Below, piece by piece: positions 54,101-64,000 of a stretch of DNA of 64,000 nucleotides. Below the pieces are notes generated by a model. The model did not search any database, had not been told where the DNA came from, and saw only the letters and a program-made list of their open reading frames with translations. The stretch covers positions 5,337 through 69,336 of the forward strand of contig NW_021834792.1 of the NCBI RefSeq assembly GCF_006345805.1, given 5' to 3'. The first letter of the stretch is position 1. Each line of letters begins with the position of its first letter. A program made the position numbers and the translations under genes. The DNA is from Octopus sinensis (taxonomy: Eukaryota).

Positions 54101-55867
54101 CATAATGGCCAACATAAATGCGTGTTGGTTGATTTCTCTAGTTAAGCTTTTATATTGTATAGAGTGGGGGTGGAGAATGAAAGTGAGGTACGGTAAAAAC
54201 TAACAAAAGAGGTGCAGTATAAACGTCATAAATTTCTGAAAAAACAAACAAACAAACATATTTTGATGAAATTTTTCGGAGATAGTTTTTCGATGAAGAA
54301 AGTTGCAATTACGTTGGTACAATTAAAAAAAGATAATAGCACATATTTATTGCAAATATGCTGATGAGAATTTTGTTTTAGTTAATTACAATTTAAAGTA
54401 ATAAATATTTTTCTTTTGAAAATTAGAATTCATTTCAGTACCAAGATGTTTGATAAAAAGCCAAATTATAATTTTTGCATGCAAGCTATATTTCCTGATA
54501 TCACCGAAGGTGGCCAAATATATTTCCAAAGTAACCTGTCATATGAATGTGTATCACTCTAGTATCTCTATAAAAAATGGTCTCAAATTTTGGCACAAGG
54601 CCAGCAAGTTTGGAGGGAGGAGCTAAGAGGATTACATCGACCCCAGTCCTCAATGTGTACTTATTTTATCAACCCCGAAAAGATAATGAGTGAAGTCGAC
54701 CTCAGCGAAATTTGAACTGAGAACGTAAGGACATAGGAAATGCCGCTAAGCCCGACGTGTTAACGATCCAACCAGCTCGCGTTATAAATATTGGTTGGCT
54801 GGTTGGTTAATTACTCGTCACACTTTATATTGTAAAAGAGAGAGTGGGTGAGCGGGAAACAGAAAGAAAGAGTTTAAAACAAATACAGAGAGGGAACCGA
54901 GGTTACCGTGGTCTTTTCCGTAGGCTTTTCTTTCCACGGGTAAACCTCACCTGTCCTCCCCTTTACACTTCATATTGACATTTCTGTGATAACGATCACT
55001 ATTGATCAATTTTTTTTTCCTTTCCCTTTTTTTTCATCTCCTCCCCCCATTTTAAAAAAAATTTTATTCCCCCCTTTTTTTGTCCTCTTTCTTTCCCTTT
55101 ACGATCCCTTTTGATCGAAAACCAAACCCCCTTTTTTCTTACCCCCAAAAGAAAAGCTCTACCTTGTAATTTGTCCTGTCTGTATGCAGCCCTGTGTGGC
55201 TAATGAAGAAACATAACATAAGCGATGCTAGATGAATGCTCAATAACGTTCTGAAAAATATACATTTTTTAATTATTTCTGTATTTTTTTTATTCCTTTT
55301 TCAGCGGTAAATTTTAGATGGAGTAGATAGCAATTATGTTGATAAAATGTACAAAAATAATATCATATATTTATTGCAAATATACACATGAGAAATGTGT
55401 TTTTATTTAATTTTATTTTAAGATAATAACCATTTTGAATTGAAAATTAGTATCCATTTCATCATTTTGGTATAAGTATCAAGAAGTTTGATAAAAACTA
55501 AATTATAATTATTATACGCATGCCATATTTCCTGGTTTTACTCATGATGGAAAAGTATGCTTCAAAAGTTACCCGCTGTACACCGGGTAGTACTCTAGTT
55601 TATATAGTCATTTCTTCAATAGTCAGGTGGCCTCAAATTTTGTAAGAGGGACGGGGTTAGTCGATTACATTCACCCCAGTGCTCAACTGTACTTATTTTT
55701 ATTGATCGCTAAAAGGCGACGAGCTGGCAGAAACGTTAGCACGCCGAGCGAAGTGCTTTGCGGTATTTTGTCTGCCGTTACGCTCTGAGTTCAAATTCCG
55801 CCGAGGTCGACTTTGCCTTTCGATTAGATAAGTACCAGTTACGTCCTTGTTTGAGTAAATTTTTATA

Positions 55868-56245
55868 GGCGTAGGAGTGACTGTGTGGTAAGTAGCTTGC
55901 TTACGAGCCACATGGTTCCGGGTCCAGGCCTACTGCGTGGCACCTTGGGCAAGTGTCTTCTACTATAGCCTCGGGCCGACCAAAGCCTTGTGAGTAGATT
56001 TGGTAGACGGAAACTGAAAGAATTCCGTCGTATATATGTATATATGTGTGTGTCTGTGTTTGTCCCCACAACATCGCTTGACAACCGATGTTGGTGTGTT
56101 TATGTCCTCGTAACTTAGCGGTTCGGCAAAAGAGACCGATAGAATAAGTACTAGGCTTCCAAAGAATAAGTCCTGGGGTCGATTTGTTCGACTAAAGGCA
56201 GTGCTCCAGCATGGCCACAGTCAAATGACTGAAACGAGTAAAGAG
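55868..56245 (+). mobile_element. Full-length tRNA-derived SINE (family S2) with CORE-like central motif
   Basis: Head GGCGTAGGAGTGACTGTGTGGTAAG...GGTTCCGGGTCCA, CORE-like CCTTGGGCAAGTGTCTT, tail CCAGCATGGCCACAGTCAAATGACTGAAAC. Partial copies at ~3225-3360, 5355-5630, 8430-8660, 10200-10360, 12320-12470, 22735-22900, 23530-23700, 28660-28805, 30810-30970, 33330-33710, 40725-41090, 50860-51025, 52180-52640, 62620-62780. Confidence 0.85.
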
Positions 56246-56250
56246 AGTAA

Positions 56251-56700
56251 GTCGACCTCGGCAGAATTTGATCTGCTAAGTATTTTCTTCGACGGACTAA
56301 CGAATCTGCCAGCTCGCCGCCTTTAATCTCTTTATAATTAACTGGTATCTATTTTTATCGATCCCAAAATGATGAAATGAAAAAAACTGATCTCTGCAGA
56401 ATTTTATCTCAGGACGGAAAAACGGAAGGAATGCTGTCGGAGCATTTTATCCGACGCCCCCAAATAACTCAACCAGCAAGCCACCTTAAATCTCTATATG
56501 ATAATAGTCGATTACATCGACCCCTGTGCTCACCTGGTACTTATTTTTATCGATCCGGAAGGGATGAAAGGCAAAGTCGACCTCGGCAGAATTTTATCTC
56601 AGAAGTAAAAGATGGAAAAATGCTGCAAATCATTTTATCCGACAACCCCTGACCATTCTGCCAACACTCCATGTTTAAACTCTGTATGGTAATAGTCGAT
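56251..56700 (-). mobile_element. Head-to-tail trimer of old S1 SINE plus shared flank
   Basis: Three diverged copies separated by related spacers (TTAAATCTCTATATGATAATAGTCGAT and variants). Confidence 0.65.
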
Positions 56701-57499
56701 ATAAATGTTTGTTGGTTGGTTGGTTGGTTTGTTGGTATGTTGATTTCTTATATGAGGGGTAACACTCTATTCTATAACAAAGGACACATTACATTGGTGG
56801 CAAAACTTTACTTCCAAAGTTGTTTGTCATGACGGATGACTTCGAAAGTTACCTGTAATAAAGAAGGACATACTGAATTATATAGTGTTAGATCAGCTGT
56901 CTGTTATAAAGTGCAAGAAATTAATGCACGAAACACATTTAACCATAGGACTTCCGGAACATTGTTGACAAAGATTATACAACATCAGGCATATATATTA
57001 TCATAATTGCTTCTTTCTTTCGATTAAGAATGACAACTTTTATAGCTCGTACAATGCAAATTCTTGTGTTCATCAGCTGACCTACGTAGGAGCAAAGAGC
57101 TAGAGGCACGCTGGTTGATTAATGACTTGAATCACGTGGTGTCTTCTTTAATGAGTTTTCGTTGAAAACGTAGGAAATCTTGGTTTCTCTAATCCTCATT
57201 GAAAATCTATGCAGTTTCATATATTTTGATTAAAGAGCAACGTATGACTTCTTTCACCACCGTACGCAGTTTATAAAGATCGCTTGTCATTCTAATAGCA
57301 GAATCAATAGTTAATATATGGAGTAATGTTTAGGCCTAGATGTATATGCATAAATATTCATATATACATACAAAGATGAATTGCACATACGCGCAAACCA
57401 TATATAGGGTGGGAAAACGCAGATAATGTTATTCAACTGTTATTATGTAAAGCGGTCTATTGCTGTGATAAAAATAAGCGATATACATATAGGTATATG

Positions 57500-57648
57500 T
57501 GTGTGCACGCATGCGCTTGTGTGAATGTGTTTGCGTGAACATACACACACGCACACACACACGCACACACGCACATACACACACACATATATATATATAC
57601 ATATATATGTATATATATATCAACATACATTTATATATATATTTATTT

Positions 57649-57683
<35 letters not shown>

Positions 57684-57894
57684 ACATATATGTACATATA
57701 TACATGTGTGTGTGTAGTTTATTTAAGTTGGCCCAGTGATCTATTGCTTTAGACCATATTAAATAAACTATTATACACCAATACTCATGCTGATCGATAC
57801 TCAGCGAAGCACACTCACACATAAATCTCTCTCTTTCTCTCTCAATCTCTTCCTCTGTCTCCCTCTCACTTTTTTCTCTCTCTCTTTCAATATA

Positions 57895-57927
<33 letters not shown>

Positions 57928-57932
57928 GTATA

Positions 57933-57992
<60 letters not shown>

Positions 57993-58178
57993 CTGTGAGG
58001 CAAATTATAGCAATCATTTTATGGATTTCTTTCAGAAGAATGTGGCGAACAGAATTTGTCACATAGTACTCAGCAAGAGAACGAATGCACAGATCACTGA
58101 GTACAGTCACTCAGGAAGTCGTCAGCGCTAAGACATTTAAGTTCCTGTTTACCTGATATATTATAAACATATGTCTGA

Positions 58179-58261
<83 letters not shown>

Positions 58262-59120
58262 TATGTGTGCATATATATATATGCACACATATGTATATAC
58301 ATATATTATGTATACATATATATATATATATGTATACATATGTATTTACATGTATATTATGTATACATACATATATATGTATACCTATGTATATATATAT
58401 ATATATATATGTATACATATGTATATATATATATATGTATATATATGTATATATATATATATATATATACACATATATATATATACATACATATGTATAT
58501 ACCTATATATGAACATATATATATATATATATGTATGGACTTATATGTATATATACACACGTGTGCTTATCCGTGTATATTAATTTGTGAGTGTGGTCGG
58601 TGTGTAAGAGAGTTTGTATATGTGTGTATGTGTGTGTGTTTGTTTAAATATCACACACAAATATATATACATATATGTATGTATGTATGTATGTATGTAC
58701 AATCTGACATTTAACTTCCGCTTTCAACCTACATCCGAATACAGCGGCCATGTTAGACTCTTAAACGGAGGTGTTTGTTCGTAAGCAAGCATTGGTTAAC
58801 GGTTTGTTTATGTTCTGCTGTGTAATAAAGGTGATGCTGTAGAAATGTGGTAACAAGATGTTAGTCATTGGAAGAATGTGTAAACAAGTGAGAAATACAT
58901 TCTGATTGGTTAACGTTTTCTGTCAATAATTGCTTTGCTTTCAATAGGCAAAGGGGTGCTTTTAGTCATTTATCGATTCTTATTGAATTTTTGGGAAAAG
59001 ATAGATAGATAGAAAGATAGATAGACAGGCAAACAGACAGACAGATAGATGAATGGATGGATGGATAGATAGACAGACACACAAACAGACAGATAGCTGG
59101 CTAGCTAGCTAGATAGATAG

Positions 59121-59151
<31 letters not shown>

Positions 59152-59182
59152 TGGCTGGATGGCTGGATGGATGGATGGATAA

Positions 59183-59223
<41 letters not shown>

Positions 59224-59466
59224 AAGATAGATAGACAGACAAACAGACAGATAGATAGATGAATGGATGGATGAATAGACAGACACACAGACAGACAGAC
59301 AGATAGCTGGCTAGCTAGCTAGCTAGCTAGATAGATAGATAGAGAGAAAGAGAGGGGGAGGGAGATGGATGGATAGATAGATAGATAGATAGATAGACGG
59401 ACAAACTGACAGACAGACCGACAGACTGACAGACGGACGGACAGGCAGATAGATAGACAGACAGAC

Positions 59467-59540
<74 letters not shown>
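57500..59540. repeat. (TA)n/(TG)n/(TATG)n then (GATA)n/(GACA)n/(GGAT)n tracts
   Basis: Direct reading; unique island at 58700-58990. Confidence 0.9.
58714..58911 (-). promoter_or_regulatory. Candidate promoter and first exon
   Basis: Three minus-strand CCAAT boxes (58791, 58867, 58902-11 = AACCAATCAG); YY1/Kozak-like AACATGGCCGC (58754-44); GAT|GTAGGT donor-like site at 58733/58732; ETS-like CGGAAGT (58720-14). Confidence 0.3.
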
Positions 59541-60770
59541 ATTTCTTTATTAGACACGCAGGACCGAACACAGAGGGGATAATACAATCTAGAATTTCTT
59601 TTCGAAAACAATCAAAAGGGATCGAAAAACCTTTTGGGTCATGTACTCAAGGAGATAACAAAGTGTCGTTTTTAACAGAGTTCCCAAAATGGGAAGTAAA
59701 TATAAAACTTACTAGAGTTATTCGTGGAAAGAAAAAAACATTACAAAACACCGCGGTAACCTCGGAAAAAAGGGAAAACAATATAAGAGCAAAGTGCACT
59801 CTCGATTTTTGGTTTATAGGTTCATGCTCAAAATGGTTCCGTCATTCATGCATACCATCTTTGCTACATTCACCCACCTCTTATTAAAACTGCCGTTAGA
59901 CAAAACTTCTCTCTCTACTCTTACCTTCCTTTTCAAGTGATACTTGAAAAAGTTGATGAAAGTTTGACCAGAGAGGAAAATATTTGTCTCTAAATCTTTC
60001 AAACGAGTCCACCATACACATTCTTTCAACATAGTCACCAGTACGATGAACATTGCCTTGCTTTTCCGGTTGAAGGAAGGTGGTGGGGCAATATTTACGA
60101 TAGACTCGGCTGACAACCGGACTCGTCTCACACTTGACAGCAACCGTTCGACATAGGCCCACATTGCAAGAGTGCGTGCAGAACAGTTTCGTCTTTCTGA
60201 CCGCATCTTGGGCAGGTTGGTCCGGTGGTTCTTGAACCGTATCTGTAGACCTTATCTCGAACGGGTAATGCTTCTCGATAGCACTGCCAGGCCATGGACC
60301 TCTGGAAATTGTCCATAGGTGTTGACCCTAAAGTGGTCCTGAAGAAACGGGTCAGGTATTCCTTGTCGACGCCCAGAGTCTCCTCATGAACGTCGTCGCA
60401 CCTCCCCTCCACTAATCCGCTGTAGAACGTGTTTGTGGAATTGAAATCGCACGAGTTTGAATCCGAATGGCAGAACTGTTCCAGAGTATGGTGACACTCG
60501 CGGTACCATACTCTGCTTGATCCACGATCGCAGTTCGGTCAATGAGACGAGCTGCGGGAAAGCGCGTTTCACCTGTCCACCGTCGTCTATAAAGCGCTGG
60601 AGATGTCGCAATCTCAGCGCATGTATGCGTATCATCAACCACGGCATGCTCAGCCCACTATTTAGCGGATGTTGACAGCAAATGGATCGCCTGACCATGG
60701 GAACGCTTTCCTTCCACAAAAAGCAAAAGAGCATGCGTTCCAGTTTCGTGTACATTTATAATGTATAAAG
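59541..60770 (-). mobile_element. Tx1/L1-like LINE ORF2 3' end with Cys-rich zinc-binding motif and 3' UTR
   Basis: ORF-track frames give LWKESVPMVRRSICCQHP..GLSMP, WQCYREALPVRDK..GPTCPRCGQKDETVLHALLQC, WAYVERLL..RWVNVAKM; several frameshifts; AATAAA next to (TATC)n. Confidence 0.85.
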
Positions 60771-61585
60771 ATGAGACATGTGCTCTCTCCTTGTCCCTTA
60801 ATTATACGTTATTTGCGTCCTTGCTGATGAAGAACACGGATAACAAATTATTTTATTTGTTCATTAATGTTCGTAACCCAGGTACAGATAGTAACTATTG
60901 AAAATGTTTTTATTTTTCATCCCATTCGAAATTGCTCTTAACCGTGGTTCTTTTAGCATGCAAGGTGTCCTGTTAGGGGTCACCTCTTTTGTGTATAGAT
61001 ATACACTAATTTTATATGAAAAATATGTTGTCTATTGACTATTTTATGTATGCTAGCAACTGTTAGAAGTTTTCTCTAATTCTTCTACCCTACATTTTCT
61101 ATGTGTGTGTGTGTGTGTGTGTGGAGGCGCAATGGCCCAGTGGCTAGGGCAGCGGACTCGCAATCGTAGGATTGCGGATACATTTCAAACTACGCACACA
61201 CACAGATACACATACATACTATATAGTTCAGAAGTAACGTTCACATATAATCTTTCCAGCCGGTTTTATTAATGAGCCAAGTGAGAAATACATATGAGAA
61301 AAAAATACTAAAATAAAATAAGAATTTAAAAATATAAAAACTGATGCGGTCATGTCTGGGGACAGAATTTAGCCTAGTTTATGTGTGCTGTAGCTGTGAT
61401 AGGTGTCAAAGTGAGGTAATAGGGGTACAATAAACTGATGAAAGCGGTAGCAATGTGAGTTAGACTTTGGGCTGTGTGTCTGTAGCAAATCAATAGTAAA
61501 AGAACGAATTTTTCTTTCCTTGTACATGCAAGGAAAGACATGAACGAAGAAGAGTTTCCAGGAGAACGATGTTCTGGGGCAAGAT

Positions 61586-61984
61586 AAGGCGGCGAGCTGG
61601 CAGAATCATTAGCACGCCGGGCGAAATGCTTAGCAGTATTTTGTCTGCCACTACGTTCTGAGTTCAAATTCTGCCGAGGTCGACTTTGTCTTTCATCCTT
61701 TTGGGGTCGATAAATTAAGTACCAGTTACGCACTGGGGTCGATATAATCGACTTAATCCGTTTGTCTGTCCTTGTTTGTCCCCTCTGTGTTTAGCCCCTT
61801 GTGGGTAGTAAAGAAATAGGTATTTCATCTGCCTTTACGTTCTGAGTTCAAATTCTGCCGATATTGACTTTGCCTTTCATCCTTTCGGGGTCGGTAAATT
61901 AAGTATCAGTTGTGTACTGAGGTCGATCTAATCGACTGGCCCGCTCCCCCAAAATTTCGGGTCTTGTGCTTAGAGTAGAAAAGG
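61586..61984 (+). mobile_element. S1 SINE, head + one unit + terminal unit
   Basis: AAGGCGGCGAGCTGGCAGAATC head; full unit; CTTGTGCTTAGAGTAGAAAAGG tail. Confidence 0.85.
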
Positions 61985-63166
61985 ATGTTTTGAAGAAGAT
62001 GGATTGAGCATTGTAGTTATCACGGGGCAAGTGGTAAAGGGTTTGGACGTACGAAGGATAAGATGAGGTGGACAGACGACTTGGTCGGAAGTGTCCGAAG
62101 GCATTGGAAAGCCCAAATCAGTTTCAATACCAATCGCACTTCTTTCTAGAAAACGTCCAGTGATGACCATTTTTACTACATTGCTCAATATGTTCTTTGT
62201 GAGTTAAAGGATGTGATTTAAAACGAGCTGGTTACTACTTCTATCTGATCGGTTGACCACTTAGAGGCGCCCTCGTTTCCTTCAATATTGATTACAAGGT
62301 AATATGCTAATATACGAATAAGAAAAGAACAATAAAATCCCAAGGGACGTTCACTGTTAATGTTATTCGGTTGACGCTAAAAGACAGAAAGAGGTTATAA
62401 GGTGAATGTTACAGAGTAAAAGCATAACGTTTCGGATATAGTCCTTCGTCGCGGATAGATACACTACTGAGAGGTGGGTGAAGAATAGAGTTGTCGCTGT
62501 CGTCGTTTTCATAATTATCGTATATTTTTTCACAATTCGCAACGGACTTAGGACCAGAATATCGAATGTGTATTTTTTCTAAGACAGCAGTTGGTGATTT
62601 TAATATTGATTTTTTTTTACTTGTTTCTGTCATTAAACTGCGGTCATACTGGGGCACCGCTTTGAAGGATTTTTTAGTCGAATAGATCGATCCCAGCAAG
62701 TTTTGCCGAAATGCTAGGTTACGTGAACACAAACAAACCAATACCAGTTGTCAAGCAGTAGTGGGGTAAACAATACAAAGACACGCACATAATATATATG
62801 TATATATGCCTATACATACATGCATACATACATACATATATATATATAATATAAATAATATATAAGTATTTTTCATATATTATATATATGTAACATACCT
62901 ACATATATATGTATATATACATGCATATATGGGTACAGGACATCAAAAAACGTTCAACACAATGAGAAACGAAAACATAAAAACAAAAACATAGAAACGA
63001 ACTTTTTTCAAACAACGAAGAAAACAGAGTACAAGACATACAACACAAGGTATATTCTCCTTCTTCAGTTGTCCCTGTTCCATCTACTCCGCGTTCGAAG
63101 GTAAGGATATATATATGTGTGCGTGTGTGTGTATGTGTGTGTGTGTGTGCGTACATATATATATAT

Positions 63167-64000
63167 ATACTAAGCAATAAAGGGTTTAGCAACGAATTGC
63201 CTTACCACATACCGAATTTAGAAATAGCAGTCAAAGAGTTATAGCTATTTCTTCTACTAAAAAGGGAGATCTCAGTAAAAACAGCAATTGGAAGGCAGAC
63301 ACAAACAGGTAAGAGAGAATGAATTGACGGCAATCTATCATACAAGTTAAGTTATCTACGGACGTACGTTTCGAAATCAAGTTTTTAGGAAAGCATAAGA
63401 ATTAAATATTAAATAATTCTATCTACCAAAAACTTCTTTTCTCTTCAGCGTAGAATACTATAATCATAAATGATTATATATTGAATTTTGAGATACTAGA
63501 AGGCACCAACTCAACTCAGTATCAGAGCGAGCTAGAATCCGCAACTAGTATCACCAAATTCAATGTGTGAATGGAAAGATTGTGTCACCAGCCCTTCCCA
63601 CCCGCGTGTAGCCAAAACAAGATGCTGTGGTCATCTACTGAGATAAAATATGGTTATCCGTAATAATGAAGGGTGAAATTAATTAATTTGGAATAATTAT
63701 CAATTACACCAAGTAGTCTTCTGCATTAAAAGCCTCATTCGAGGAAAATTTAAGTAATACTAAGCATAAAGGGTTTAGCAACGAATTGCTTTACCACATA
63801 CCGAATTTAGAAATAGCAGTCAAAGAGTTATAGCTATTCTTCTACTAAAAAGGGAGACTCAGTAAAAACAGCAATTGGAAGGCAGACACAAACAGGTAAG
63901 AGAGAATGAATTAACGGCAATCTATCATACAATTTTAAGTTATCTACGGACGTACGTTTCGAAATCAAGTTTTTAGGAAAGCATAAGAATTAAATATTAA
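63167..64000. repeat. Near-identical direct repeat, offset ~590 bp, runs off window end
   Basis: 63167-63412 matches 63757-64000 with a few substitutions and 1-nt indels. Confidence 0.9.

Noticed and set aside
55868-55945. tRNA gene calls for SINE heads
   Set aside because: A/B-box-like motifs are present but no complete cloverleaf; each continues into a SINE body.
60815-60885. CTGATGA-A-GAAC...GTTC-GTAA
   Set aside because: GAAA mutated and no stem III or NUH.
61990-62160. Possible RTE C-terminal remnant (GRTK..MRWTDDL)
   Set aside because: Match too short and degenerate to call.
63355-63400. Minus GAA-ACGTACGT-C palindromic stem III with GUC
   Set aside because: No CUGANGA core or stem II upstream.

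Overview
AT-rich, repeat-saturated animal genomic DNA. The microsatellite density and SINE set look like an octopus/coleoid genome (inference from repeat recognition, not a search). No intact protein-coding gene is recognisable; nearly all ORF-track ORFs are translations of (TA)n, (TATG)n, (GATA)n, (CA)n or triplet repeats. The window holds many tRNA-derived SINEs (at least four families), decayed LINE 3' fragments (CR1/L2-like, three RTE, two Tx1/L1-like, one R4/Dong-like), a rearranged mariner and several TIR elements (pogo/Tc2-, piggyBac-, Kolobok-like). Most notable: (1) a hammerhead ribozyme with an intact catalytic core and self-complementary stem III at 23364-23419, plus a short dispersed family with a shared variant core (CUGUYGA); (2) a SINE that moves as head + tandem 184-bp B-box-bearing units lacking any T4 Pol III terminator; (3) a textbook branchpoint-polyY-CAG|GTAAGT site on the minus strand at ~26046 (candidate recursive splice site); (4) a candidate minus-strand promoter and first exon at ~58.7-58.9 kb.
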